Shown here piece after piece: positions 12,831 through 25,519 of a stretch of DNA of 64,000 bases. This stretch comes from Amoebophrya sp. A120. Taxonomy: Eukaryota > Protista > Dinoflagellata. How positions within the stretch are numbered: position 1 is the stretch's first letter; the number at the start of each line of letters is the position of its first letter. The DNA is taken from NCBI GenBank assembly GCA_905178155.1, contig CAJINV010000003.1:11697105-11761104 (forward strand), in the 5' to 3' direction. Both the position numbers and the translations under genes were made by a program. The notes under the pieces are model-generated. The model ran no database searches, had not been told where the DNA came from, and saw only the letters and a list, made by a program, of their open reading frames with translations.

Positions 12831-13111
12831 GCGGGGTGCGAAGCGTTTTCGAACCACCATCGACGTCCGCCATCCACTACCCTGCTGCGCTCCTTCGTGC
12901 AGACCCGACTACCTCCAGACAAGTCTGGAAGGCAAACTGAGCCTTGAGCCTTCGTTCTCAATGAGGAATCAATTTTCATCGTGGCCAAGAATTATAACCA
13001 AGCATTTCTTGCAGCTCCTCATGCAAAACAGATTTTATTCCTGGTTCACCCGCATCACAAGTTCGCACTCAATTATTGCCAGACTACCCAGACATGGTTC
13101 CAATGCGTATA

Positions 13112-14143
13112 GGTCTCCTGCGCGCAGTTTCCCGAGCTTCTTGTCCCACAGAAAAAGACAGCAGGTAGCGCATATTTGTAAAAATGGAAAAAAGATGAAC
13201 ACACAGAAAAACAAAAATCTGCACTGCGGATCCGAATAAACTTAAACAGCGTGCGATGGGCTCGCCCATGCTAGATTTTTTGTTATTTATTTTTTGCATT
13301 TATAGGAATGTGCCCTGCCTACTTTTTTCTGTATGATACTTCACTTCCAGCGCCGTCTTCGGCTCTGTCACGCCTCTATGCATTGCAAATCTTTCTGGGT
13401 CTGGATAAAAGTACGCGATTTGTCATGCTAAGCGGGCTTCTGTTCGGCATAAACGCAACACAAGTTTGTCGGGTCTTATTGCGAATTCCGATTCTTTCGT
13501 GTTTCGCATTGCAACTCCCTTCGTTCCAGTGCGACAAGCACAAGAAAGCTGGCCCACCCTCTTCATGAAATACAGGTGATCTACTTGGCGTCACGTAATT
13601 ATTATACTCACATTCTGCACCACAATTCTTCGGGCCCAGACAGTGTACAACATGTACTTCCAATGCATAGCTCCCGGCTAGAGGATTCTCAGTCTCGTCC
13701 ACTTCGATGCTCCGAAACTCTTTGACATCTACCCGGCACTTCCGCTTTTTCAACACCGGCTCCTTATTTAGTACCGCTGGCAGTTTGTTCGAGTTGGCCA
13801 GGTCGAGGGCCTTCAGCGCTGCGGCCGTCAACGGGAGTCCGTGCGAGGCGGGCTTGGGCTGGTCGGCCCGCTCTGGCTTGGGCTTGATTTTGTTCGCCTC
13901 GCTCTTGTGCGCCTCGCTCAAACGCTTGTTTGCAGCTGCAAACGCGTCCCGGTCGAAGGGGGCGATCGGCGGCTTAGCGAGGATCGGCGGCTTAGCGATC
14001 AGCGGCTTAGCGATCGGCAGCTTAGCGATCGGCGGCTTAGTAATCGTCAGGCCGAACGGGTTACTGCTCATGTTCTGACTTGCGGGACCTTGCGGCAGAG
14101 GCCGAAGCCGCTTGGCAGCGGGGGTCGGGTTGTCTTCGGGCAT
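13112..14143 (-). CDS. Hypothetical protein, 5' exons (AKPPI repeats), 3' end unresolved
   Basis: ORF from MPEDNPT. Removing 13377-13669 and 13142-13338 continues the frame LAGS-VTEPKTALEVK-LGKLRAGD. A 15-bp coding repeat lies at about 13962-14045. Confidence 0.6.
13142..13338. mobile_element. Family D introner, degenerate (DR cttct/cttca)
   Basis: Ends tgtcccacagaaaaagacagcagg ... ccctgcctacttttttctgtatgata, homologous to 24275-24445. Confidence 0.7.
13377..13669. mobile_element. Family A introner, degenerate
   Basis: Left end tatgcattgcaaatctttctgggtctgg, right end cccagac...caatgcata. Removal keeps the frame. Confidence 0.7.
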
Positions 14144-15883
14144 TCTACTTGCTCACTCTACTCATAGCCTTTTCTACTGTGATTTGATTTCCCGAGACTG
14201 ATGAATGAGCGGAAATCTCAGATAGAAGTCTTTGTCTTTCAGAGATTTACTTCCTTTCTTCTACTTCTTCATCTTCGCCACAAAACGAATTTGCTGCCAG
14301 AAGTAGTGGAGATCTTCGTAGTTTTATCAGGAGCTCCTCCTGCCACGACCTATTACAAGTACTAGTACGTCCTTCTGCAGTTGTAAATCTACTTGGATGG
14401 AAATATACATGTTTTTACCAAAAGTGTCAGATGACTTGACGCAAATCTTTCAGTTCTTGGCCGAGGAGCCTGGTTGAAGACCTGAACCAACATCGTAGTC
14501 ATGAACTTCTACTTCGTCCTGCTCGCGCGCAAGTTTATTTTCAATAAGTAGTAAAGTTGATACATTGTGATGAAGTACTTCATGCGTCCAGCTCCAGCCG
14601 TTCACCCAGAGACGCGAAACATCTCAGGATCTTCGCCTTGTTGACCTCGAGCTGAAGAGGATTCGCTGAGAACGGTCAGTGCCGTCAGGATGTTGTACAG
14701 AAGGAAGCCAATTCAACAGCAGCTCAAAACTGGTGTATCGTGCTCGTTCTGTTGTTACCTTGTCTTGTGTACAACCAAAATGAAAATCTAAATCTTACAA
14801 CCAAATGGTCAGAAGAGACCCGGACGTTCTGTAATAACGTAGCCTACGTGGATCTCGGCCGGCGGTCAAGAAACATTGACTCCGGAAGGTGGAAAAGTGG
14901 AAATTGAAAATGTTCACACGCCGCAGATTTTTCGTGATAAGTCGCGAAAAATAGAACAATGCCAAGGAATTTTCATTTCCGCCTCTTTTTCTGCGAAGAC
15001 AAGCACGAAACAGGAGCCTAAACTTGGTGAAACACCAGCAGCACGACCAATATTTTTGTTCAGGTTTTTTTTTCATCTTTAAAAAAATCGTGAGAGGTCG
15101 AAAGTTCCATGTGCTGTTGAAAATGTTTACGTAAGATGCGAGTCCAAGCAACAATCACAGCTGCGCTGCAGGAAACAGCTGTACAGTAGAGACCAGCTTG
15201 TTGTTGTTTCCTGATTGAGTTTATTTTCAAACACACTAAGAAATCCTAAAAAATTTTTGTAAATTTTCAGTTCATCTACTACACCTCGACGTTTACAAAA
15301 AGTTGCTTCTAAGAACTTTTACAAACTTGTCGTAGTCTGGGTTATTTTGTGCTACCGCTACGACCACTGTCGTCCGTGCGAATACTAAAACAAAAACGAG
15401 GCGCATTTTTATACCATGACAAACATTTTTGGTTGTTGCTTCTACTTCGGTGGAAAAACTACCGGAGAAAGCCACCGACTCTGTTTCGCAAACGAGTGTT
15501 GGTCATCGATCTTATTTATTCCAGCCCTTCGTCTACTAGCGGGAAAAGATCCATGCAGAAGAAACGCAAAAAGTGGCAGTGTCGTCCACCATTTTGATTC
15601 GTGTACATCATCTAAAACTAGTAGATCTAACCCACCAATATCATGAAACATCAATATTGATTGCTCCATGGACCACCTGTTGTACCTTGGCTCTAGTTGT
15701 ACTTTTATACACTTTGCGCGGCGGCTTCGAATCAACGTAGCTGAGGTTGACGTGACCGCAGCTGCTAGTTTGTGGTTACAACCAAAGTCGGCATTTGATG
15801 CATTCGTGAGTATTACTAAGTACATTTGTCAACATTGTCTCCGATGTTCTTGCAGATGCAGAACTACACTTCTTATGTGTAGT

Positions 15884-18800
15884 TCAGTTGATGTCCAGAT
15901 GCACCCTTACCATGTCCATAGCGCTGTTGGTCTGAGTCTTCACCGCATCTTCCAAAGCGCCCGTCAAATCGCCGTAAAACTCGAGGAGTTCCTCGTACCC
16001 CTCGTCCTTTTCCCCAGTCTCCTTTTCCTGCTTCTCGTTCGTCTTTTTCGACTGGGATTTCCCCTCCTTCGCCAACCGCAGGCACTCGTTGAGGTGCGTC
16101 ACGCAGTTTTTGATCGGCTGCGTCACATCGTGGAAGTTGTTGGTCAGTTGCTTCTTGCTGTTGTTCGCCAACAAGCTCGTCGCGGTCGCCGACGAAGTTG
16201 CCTGCGCGCCACCGGCCCGCGTGCTACTACCACCGTGGTCCCGGTCCTGACTCATCGACTCGTCCAGAAACAGGTGCCAATTGTCGACGCGCTCCAGCAG
16301 GGGGATGGTTTTCTGCCCCTCGTACCAGATCAACAGGCTCGCGGGCTTGCTGTTTTTCAAGTCGACGCCTTTCTGGTTCTTGCCCAGCACCACGTGCTTG
16401 TCCACGCCAAAATCGGCTTGCTGGAACCGCCGGGCGTCGATGTAAGCGTCCCGTTGCGATGTATGGACACAGGGAAACTACATTTATGGTAGCATGCTGC
16501 GCATCAACTGTGTGTCCATCACGACTACATTCATTAAAAATTCCAAACGAAACCCAAAACTAAAAGTTTTTGTGCTGATTTCGATTTCGGTTGAACCGGT
16601 AAGAAGTACGAAACTAGCACATTATGCGACGTCGTGCAAGAATTATGCGATTTTATTGTATCATGACTACGACTAGTTTCTTTGTTTTCAAGCGATAAGA
16701 CTTCGCGATCTGCATTTTCGTGGACTGGAACATGGAGGGAGGTTTGTACACCTGAAGCCCATTGCCGTAGGAGATGAACCCGCCAGACCCCCCGCCGCCC
16801 ATGTAGTAATCTATTGCAAGGAAAAATCCCCCCTGCTCCCCATATTGAAAGCGTATCCGTCTGATGATTTGCGGTGCAGATCTGTGGCCACAAATCCTGT
16901 CTGTCTCAGAAGAAGAAAGGCTCAGAGAGGCCCCCGCGCCATGCCGCCGGCGATTTGTTTAGGGCGGAAAAATCGGCAAATATCATCATTTTTGCAAGCG
17001 CACTTGTTTGGGGGGTAAAAATAGGCTTTTTGTTGGGGGCGCAACATCTTGGAAGCCGACACGCCTCGCGTGTCCCTTCATCTTTTCCACAGGAAACATG
17101 ATAGCTGAGCTTTGGAGATGCCGCAACACAAAGACCAGAAGCACGCCACAGTGCCTTCGTTCTGTGCGTTGTCGCCCAAATGGCCGGACGCTGTGTCGTG
17201 GACCCGCTCTTCGAACAGTGGCCGGGCCGCCTCCCTGACCGGGGCTCGACGAGGCCCTTCGCCCGGAGAAGGAGGCCCGGCCAGGGGGGGTGGTCAGGGG
17301 GGTGCATTTTTGCCCCTCCCGGACACCCCTTCCGGGCACCCCCTTCAGGCAGCTTTGGGGTAGCCTATGCCGACCCCCTAATCCCCATTGGAAACTGCCG
17401 ATTTTGCGTGCCCAAAAAAGGTAGCCCAGAGGCAGCCCAAGCCGACCCTTACCCCCCCCCTTCGGCACCCCCCCGGAAGCACTCGACTGCTGGCGCGTCC
17501 GCCTTCTCCATATCCGGTCGGAGGGGGGGGATGAGAAGATATGTGAGCGCGTCCGGAATTGAATGCGGGACATGGGGCGCGGCATCCCGCGCCAGAGGGC
17601 CGCAGGCGGGTGGAGCTTCAAGAAAGTGCGGCGGTTTTATTGGAAAAAGGGGAGGGCCGGATGGCGGACCGTAACACCGAAGTGCGGCGCCAACATCTAA
17701 ATGGCCAACAGGAAAAAAAGCAGTAGCTACACCCCTTACAGCCAGAATATTTTTACCCCCCCAAAAAGCGCGCTTGCGAAAATGATGATATTTGCCGATT
17801 TTTCCGCCCTAATTTGTAAGTAATACTGTAAAACGTACAGGGCAGACGTTTGCCATGCTATGTATGCGCCTGCACCAGAAGGCTCCAGGTGGTCCTACCT
17901 AGGCTGACGATCTGCGTGCAGTGCTCTATTGCAAGACAAATTTGCATTTGAATTGTGCACACAAATTCCGCAACAAAGATCTGCGTTTTGATATGGGGAC
18001 GAGGGGGGATTGTTCATTTCGATATCATCAAGGCTGGTACTGTCCGTGATTTCAAGCTCCCCCGAACCGTACCGCCTTCCCGGGCCTCCGCCACGCCCGC
18101 TCGTACCGAAACCGTAGACGTCCGCTTCCTCATCGATGGTCTGCAGTCCGTGGTGGTTCTCGAAATGCCGCACGTGGTCCGGTTGCATCACCTGCACCCA
18201 CTCGATTTTGCATTCCGCCTCCGAAGTCACCTCCGGGTTCTCCAGGATAAACCGCTCCGTTTCCTTGTTGTGCTTCGGAATATCCATCGCGGTGGACTCC
18301 TTCAGGTATTTGCTGTTGTCGTGGTTCTCCTTGTACTTGTAAATCTCCTTCCGGTAGTGCAGGCCGCCAAAAGCGAGTCGCTGCAGCACCTGGATGGCCT
18401 CCTCGACCACGGGGAGCGGGAAGGGCTGTTTTTCATTTTTTAGCATTTTTTTCACAAGTAGTTTGTGCTGCTCAATTTTCCATTCGCATTCTCTAACTTC
18501 GATATATGGTGGCTGAAAAAAGAACGCCAAAATCAAAAAAAAATACCACTACGGATTTTTTGTGATCAGATGAAAAAAGCCACGATAACTACATGTTAGT
18601 ACCGACGGGAGGCGACTACGATAGATACATACCGAGCACGTCGCCGACCATTATCCTGTGCAAACGTATCGCAATCTTGTATCTTGCACGAAAGAACCGC
18701 TTTGTTCTCCTGCGCATGGGCATACATGTCTACTGCATTTGTTCTGTTTTTTGGAAAAAAATTGTCATGCGATTTACACTTGTTACTGTGTCTGCGATAC

Positions 18801-20598
18801 TTTTGCCCTGCACAAGTAGCAGCCAAACATGATTTCGAATTCCCGAACTTGCCGCTCTTTTTCCAGTATCGCTAGAAAGAACTGTCCACCTCCCAGTCTT
18901 CATCTGTATTGCGGAAACAGCTTGTTAAAGCTTTCTGTCATGCTCAACATGCAAGATGAGTACTACTAACGCATGGCGTTTTTACACGTGTTTATGTTCT
19001 TTTCCCAACAACTTGCTTTTGTTCATGACGCATCCGAGATTTGTTTCTTCTACCATATCGAATCGAAGGGAGCTGTGTTTGCTGAATGTCCAAAATTAAG
19101 GTTCTAAACCCGCCCCTGACACTAGGTCGTGTTGACAGCTTTTTTTTTTTGCATACCCCGTTCGCACTCCGCGATTCGTTGAAACACGTACCTGATTACC
19201 TTCACGTGATCCGCAGTTTGCACCCAGAGCAAATCCTTCAACGACGCGCCGTTGTTTAGCATGTCCGCGCACGGCAGCACCCGGCTCACTTCGTGGTCCA
19301 CAAAGGAGACTGCGAGACTGTAGGACTCCGTGACCGCGGTCAGGTAGTCCTGGTTCTTTTCCGCCTGCTTCAGGGCCACCCGCGCCTGGTCCCGCTCGCC
19401 CTCGGTGAGCCAGTCCGCGTAGCCCGGTTTGGGATCCACCAACTCGATCTGGTCGTCCTATGGATTGCAAAAATGTCTGGGTCTGGAAGAGTCATGCTAC
19501 TTTTGCATGACACAGAAGGTCTGGCATGGAAGCTCTAGCATCACAAGTTTCGAGAAGCGTTCGCAATGCCGAAGCCGCATGACAAATCCCTGACTCTGGT
19601 GACAGAAAGTGAGCAACTTGAACTTTTGCTGCCTATGCATGAGAGATTTTTTTCTGTTCTGAAATGCGCATCACAAGTTTGTATTCTTCCAGACCCAGAC
19701 ATTTTTGCATTTGATATTTCCAGGGACTGCACGATGTCCACCAGCCCGCGGCCGAAAAACAGTGGGCATCCTGTGCAAAAGTATCGTACTCGTACAAGTG
19801 CAAGTCTTGCATTACAAATTTTGTTTCCAAGGGCAAGGCAAATCTGCATTATTTTATTTCTATGCTGAGGAAATTTGTAATGCATTGATACGAGTACGAT
19901 ACTTTTGCACAGGATAGCGGGTCTTCCTGCTCCAGTTGCTCCTGCTCCTCGTCCTCGTTCGCCTTGCCCAAGTGCTCCTCCAGTATCAAAAGGAAAAATC
20001 CCCCCTCCCCATATCGAAAACGAAATTTGTGATGCTGTATTTGAGTACACAAATCGACTTGTAATGCTAGAAGGCCAAGAGACGCAGCTGTGGCCTCGTC
20101 TACAGGCAATTTGTCATGCTGTTTCCCACTTCCAGCTGCCCCCTGTAATGCTGAAGATGCAAGGCTTATCCACGCCAACCAGCACTACAGTCCGCATCTT
20201 TTCCCTTCTAGCATGACAAAGCTGATAGATTTGTGACCACAAATCTGCATCACAAACCTCTATTTTGAGCATGGGGTGGGGGGATTTTTCACTTTGATAT
20301 CCAGCATGCTCTCCGCCATGCGGAACACCCGGTCCAGCCCGTGCTGCGGCCAGGGCGACTGCCAAAAGTGCCGGTTCCGGGTTTCTTCCGCCGCCTGCAG
20401 AAACCGCTGCGCCAACAGAAACGGGATCGCCTCCCGCAACCGCCGTCGGGGTTGCAGCCGCCCGCTGTCCCGCAAGGCGCGCTGCGCGAGGTGGATCCTT
20501 TTCCGGAAGTCGTTTAAGCACGAGTTCACGGCATCGCACGAAAAAACTCTTTCAGCACTCTCAAACCTGTCATGCTCCTGTCGCAGCATACTATACAA
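15884..20598 (-). CDS. Hypothetical multi-exon protein (possibly more than one gene)
   Basis: In-frame joins across elements: ESML-EEHLG, EDP-LFFGRG, QSLE-NQIELVDPK, SLDD-YMGGGGSGG. Links 19150 to 18440 and 16750 to 16460 were not resolved. No domain recognised. Confidence 0.55.
16812..18024. mobile_element. Family B introner carrying a nested MITE
   Basis: Left end tattgcaaggaaaaatccccc, right end ggggggattgttcatttcgata. DR taatc/tcatc. Removal restores the frame. Confidence 0.8.
16959..17812. mobile_element. Non-autonomous TIR element (MITE), 854 bp, TSD tttgt
   Basis: TIR of about 65 bp: ttagggcggaaaaatcggcaaatatcatcattt... / ...aaatgatgatatttgccgatttttccgccctaa. tttgt at 16954-16958 and 17813-17817. 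Confidence 0.9.
19459..19716. mobile_element. Family A introner, inverted relative to 1233-1483
   Basis: Interior is the reverse complement of 1233-1483 and 21897-22136. DR cgtcc/tttcc. Removal in frame. Confidence 0.88.
19767..19916. mobile_element. Family E introner (150 bp)
   Basis: atcctgtgcaaaagtatcgtactcgta ... tacgagtacgatacttttgcacaggata. DR gtggg/gcggg. In-frame join. A decayed relative starts at about 18652. Confidence 0.88.
19984..20299. mobile_element. Family B introner (DR tccag)
   Basis: tatcaaaaggaaaaatcccccctcccc ... ggggtggggggatttttcactttgata. Perfect DR. In-frame join. Confidence 0.92.
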
Positions 20599-21014
20599 AC
20601 TCCTTCACCATGATGACATGCGGCGAAGTTTTGTGCCATCTAAGGAGAAAACACAACATATGAAGCGCCTTTTATTTCTTCCGTGCTGTCGAGCATGCCA
20701 AAAGACTGCTTCATCGACGAAGTTGAGACTGAGACAGTAGCTTTTTCTCGCGATACACGGCACTTTCGTTGCACTGGTTCACGCGGAGCAGGCTGGAATA
20801 TGACAATGCATAACTTCTCCGTTCCTCATTTATTTCATGCAAAATACAAAGCCGACCCTTTTCCCTCTGGCACTGCTTGCATGACAGGTTTCGGAAGGAG
20901 CCGAAACGCCACTAGACTGTTGATCGGTCGCGAATTTTTCATGCAAAAGCTGCACTCACTTGTGTAGTTGCTGCTTATGCAATTTAAATGACAGCGAGGA
21001 GGAATTCTGCACTC

Positions 21015-24000
21015 TCATATGGAATCGAGCAATTCTTCGATCATGGGGAATTCGTCCAGCGTGTAGTGAATCTTCGTGACGACAACAGGCATTTCGATCG
21101 GGAAATTCAAAATGGTTGGCTTGTCCTCATCGTCGTCTTTCTTAAATTTTGCCACCTTCTTTGAAGACGAACTGGCACTGGAAGCACCTGTTGTAATGCC
21201 AGTATTGCCCCCTCCGGCGTCCGCGTCGTCGTCACTATTGTCCAAACTTTCCATGCCCGCAGCGGCGGCGATGCGGAGGTCTTTCAGCTTCGTTTTCAGC
21301 TCCTTCATCTTTTCCTTCGCCTTTTTGTCGTCCTTCTTGCCCCGCATCCCGTCCTTTTCCTTCACCATCTCCGCGTGCGTTTCCTTCCGCTCCTTCTTCT
21401 TCATCTTCAGTTCCACGACCCCACTGCCATCCGCGCCGTCTTTGTCCCCCACGTCCCCGATCAATTTCCGCCGCGTGTGCTGCGAAAACCGAGAGCAGAG
21501 GCCAATCCGCATGAGAAACTCCTGCGCCTTGTCCTTCATGTTGTTCCCCTCGCACAGGTTCTCGTGCTCGCACTGCCGACACATCTGCCCGGCGAAGATG
21601 GAAATGTTCCGGCGCCAGACGCCCTCCTTCTGCTCGTGGTCGCGGATCACCTTCAAAATCTCCTGCACCGCCTGCACAAAGTTCGTGTTCCGACCCTGCA
21701 GGGCCTGCAGGTCCGCGAAGGTCGAGCCGCGGGTCAACAATTGAAACGCGGGCGGCGCCACGCGGTCCAAATCCAGGGAGAGCGACCGGACCCCGATCGC
21801 GAAGTAGCGATCCGCCACCCGGGCGAAATTCTGGTCCGCCCGGGCCAGGTCTGCCTCCAGTTCGTCGGCTAAATTCCGTTTGAGGCCGTCCGCTTCTATC
21901 AAATGCAAAAGTGTCTGGGTCTGGACGTGATGCGCATTTCTGAATACAGAAAAATCTCTCATGCATAGGTAGCAAAACCCACCCACTTTCTGTCACCAAA
22001 ATGGGGGATTTGTCATGCGGATTCCGCATGGCGGAAGCTTCTCGAAAACTGTGACGCTAGAGCTTCCATGTCAGACCTTCTGCGTCATGCAAAAACAGCA
22101 TGACTCTTCCAGACCCAGACATTTTTACATTTGATAGCTTCCCGCACCCGCTCATTGTCGTCCAAGGCCTGCAAATACGGGAGTTGCAGCTCCACGAGGT
22201 CGAATTTTAATTTCGGCGTTTTCTCCTTTTCGATCTCCCGCTCGTACGTCTTCTATCCTGTGTAAAAACGTCTCCACACCAGAGTTGTCATGCAAATGCG
22301 CAATGACAGGAACATTTGTAATGCGCAGCTCCATGAGAGGCATTTCCAATCGTGTTGTGGAATCTGTAATGCTGTAAACAGGATGCGAAAGTGGCTTTCT
22401 CATGCGGCTTCTCTTGCCAATCAGTACTACACTGGAGAGGGAAACTTGTCATGCACAGCTCCCAAAACTTGGAGATTTGTGTTGCTAGATTCCCAACTTG
22501 ATTATGGGGTGGAGACGTTTTTACTCACGATATCTTCGCGATCGCCTTCAGCACCGCCGTCCGGCTCGCGGACGCCTCGGTCCAGATCCGCATGGACTCG
22601 TTTTGCAAGTCGAGGATGGGCCCGATCCCGGTGAAAAATTGCTCGTTGCAGTTGCTTATCAAATGCAAATGTGCCTGGGTCTGGAAATTTGTGATGCTGT
22701 GTGGCATATCATGAGGAGGCCACAATTGCTGGCTCAGCATGACAAGTTTCTGAGCTTCTAGGTGTTGGCTATTCTGTATGACAAACTAAGTTTCTGCATG
22801 ACAGAAAAGTGGGGCTCTTTGGTAATGTGCATGACAGATTTAAGAGTCATGCCAGACAAGCATGACAAAGTTGCATTTTTCCAGACCCAGACACTTTTAC
22901 ATTTGATATTGCTGTAGTTGAAATAGGGCGAGGATTTGAAGGTCGACGTGACCGGGATTTTCTTTTTGTTCGCCTTCTGCCGGTCCAACCGTTTCCGGTG
23001 TTGGTCCTCCAACTGCTTCACCGAGTCGGTGTTGCGGTTGAAGAAGTTGAACTTCGTCCCGCTCCCGCACTTGCTCACCATCAACTCGTTGCCCACGAAA
23101 TTTACCATCACGGACACCATTTTCAGGTCCCGCGCCTCCTGGAACACCTCCTTCCCGATTTTCACCCACTCGGAAACCGCGAGCACCGACTCGTTTTCGT
23201 ACACGGTTAAAACGGTTTCGTCCAGTAAATGCGCAAAGTCCTCCATGGAATCGCGGAACTTCAGAAACAGCAGCTTCGTCGTGTGGTCTTGCAAATACTG
23301 GCTCCGCAAATTCGCGTCCGTGTTCCCGAATTTCGCCAGACCAGAAAGCGTTTTGCTCGCGGTGGACCCAAACATCTTGGAAAAGCCGGACAGAATTCCC
23401 GTAGACGTCGAGGAAGTTTTCGACGGAGCAGCAGCAGCGGTGGAATTGGCTGCTGCCCCCGAACAAGCCGAAGCGCTTTTATTGTCGCCAATAGAACTAC
23501 TATTGTTTGCAGCTCCCTTGTTTTCCCGCTCCTTCAGCGCAACTTCCCGTTCGTGGTTCAGGAGGTAGTGCTGGTGCTCGACCGAGGTGGTTTCCTCCAG
23601 CCCTTCTAAGAGCGAGTTCCGGAGCAGTTTCTCCAGAAACCAGGCTTTCTTCGCGTGCCACCAGTGGAAGACCGCCTGGCAAACCGCGCGACCGGAGATG
23701 TGGTTATTGTTGGACCCGTCGGAGGAATTCGAAGACGAATTGTTGTTCATGCTCATCGCTGCACTACCCGCACTGCTGCTATAATTCCCCCCGCTTTGAC
23801 TCGACCCCCTCTCCCGCACAAGTTGATTCTGTTGAATCTTGTTCAACACATTCTTGTCCGAAATGTTCTGCCCCGTCGCGGTCTTGAACATCGCTTCAGA
23901 AATATCAACTGCAAATATCCCTGGATGTCTAGAAGAGTGGAACTTGTAATGCTGTCTGCGGATTCTAAAAATATCGGTGCTGCATGAGCAGCAAGAGGAA

Positions 24001-24269
24001 TCCAGTTCTTGGCACGCGGAGATGCCATTTATCATGCGTAATTAGCATCAAGAAGCTCTCAAAAAATCTGTGATGCTAACACCAGCATCACGGACCTCAT
24101 GGGTCATGCAAAATGTGCATGACGAGCCCCGACTCTTCGTCCAGAGCCAGAACCAGACATAACATATTTGCAATGCATAAGAAATCACCGTATGCAACTC
24201 CGTGCACAGCTGCGCGGTGGAACCCGCTACCTCCAAAATCTTTTCCGCGAAGTGGAGCGATTCTTGGTG
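21015..24269 (-). CDS. Hypothetical multi-exon protein, possibly the C-terminal continuation of the helicase gene
   Basis: Continuous frame after removing four elements: HTVIS-EAMFK, NYSN-CNEQFF, AIAK-TYERE, RVRE-ADGLKR. Stop at 21015. Linkage to ORF 24620-25105 and to the helicase was not resolved. Confidence 0.75.
21897..22136. mobile_element. Family A introner (DR gcttc)
   Basis: tatcaaatgcaaaagtgtctgggtctgg ... ccagacccagacatttttacatttgata. Perfect DR. Confidence 0.92.
22254..22532. mobile_element. Family C introner (DR tcttc)
   Basis: tatcctgtgtaaaaacgtctccacacc ... ggggtggagacgtttttactcacgata. Perfect DR. In-frame join. Confidence 0.92.
22657..22908. mobile_element. Family A introner (DR ttgct)
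   Basis: TIR pair with perfect DR. Interior is the reverse complement of 55421-55678. Confidence 0.92.
23903..24179. mobile_element. Family A introner, degenerate TIRs (DR agaaa)
   Basis: tatcaactgcaaatatcc ... ccagacataacatatttgcaatgcata. Perfect DR. In-frame join. Confidence 0.82.
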
Positions 24270-24274
24270 CTTAT

Positions 24275-24445
24275 TATCCCAGAGAAAAAAGCTGGCAGGG
24301 CATATTTGTAATGCAAAAATACATACACACTAAAATTTGTCATGGGTGGCCCCATAGCGTGCTGTTTCGCATATGCAATACAGATTTTTTTGTGTGCTTA
24401 TTTTTGCATTGCAAATATGCCCTGCCGGCTTTTTTCTGTGTGATA
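24275..24445. mobile_element. Family D introner (TIR about 46 bp, DR cttat)
   Basis: tatcccagagaaaaaagctggcagggcatatttgtaatgc ... gcattgcaaatatgccctgccggcttttttctgtgtgata. Perfect DR. Frame restoration could not be shown here. Confidence 0.82.
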
Positions 24446-24779
24446 CTTATGGAACCATGATCAGGCTCGAAATCGATAAAGTTGAACAAATCATTTGTCA
24501 CGTCGCACAAAACCGATACAACGACTGGCAGCGCAAGAATTACTAAGCGGCGCATCAGACACCTAGGTCCAGTTTGTCGTGCTAGTATTTGGGGAAAGAA
24601 GACATCCCTTGTTGCCATGCTAACTTCTTTGGCAGGGTTGCTCTATCTCTATCCACAAACAGCCACAGAATCGAACGCCCTTGCCCTTTTCCCCAATACA
24701 GGTTTTATTTTGCGCAAGAACAACATTGCGCAATTTCATTGTGCATGGCTGAAGTATTTCACTTTTGTCGATTTCGATT

Positions 24780-25050
24780 CTGAGACTCTCATACTGCTCC
24801 TTGCTGACTTTGTCCTTCGCGATTGGGAAGCCGGACTCCTCCGCCGCTTGGATGTTTTGCTTCTGGTTCTCCTCCAAAATCTCCTGCTTGAACTTCTTTC
24901 CCGAACTCTGCAGCTGCTCCGCCGTGTCGGCTAACTCCGACAAAACCGCGGACAAATCCAGTCCGTTCCACTTCGACAACCTTTTCCCCAGCGCGATCAC
25001 GGACTTGGTCAAGCAGGCCAGTATGAGAGTGCACAACTCCCCCTCCCCCT
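24780..25050 (-). CDS. Probable internal exon (helical), gene assignment uncertain
   Basis: Coding-like core of ORF 24620-25105 (LACLTKSVIALGK...EQYESLRIE). Confidence 0.5.
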
Positions 25051-25519
25051 CATTTGAACAGCATAAACAGCAACACAAGTGCTGGCATAACTGCAGCTTT
25101 TGCATGACAATAAATTTGCGACCGATTCTAGTGCTGTTTCAGCTTGCGGAATCTTTCACGCAGGCAGTGTTTGAGGAAAACGGAAAGGACTGGATTTGGT
25201 ATTTTGCATGACAAATGAGGGGGAGAATGACGTAGGGGGTCGTTGACTGTACATCAGTATCTAAGCGGCGTGCTCCGCAAAGCGGCATGCTCCGCAGCGG
25301 TCAGGGGCCCAGATGGAACGGCGCGCAGCAAACATCTCTCAGCGCCCACACTAACTAAACGGCATCCAAGCCATGACACGCCGAAAACCAACACACACTG
25401 ACACATAACAGCACGGACCCGACGTCATCACATTTTCGCACGTCTGAGCGCGCGTTGTGATCGCGCGTGGCCTCTGATCGCGCGTCGCGGGCTTCGCCCG
25501 CGCCGAGGGGCGGGAGTTG

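Noticed and set aside
11452-12940. Multiple 150-300-aa ORFs
   Set aside because: Stop-codon depletion from extreme GC content, with no motifs
16959-16964. Telomeric repeat
   Set aside because: Only a single TTAGGG unit at each MITE end
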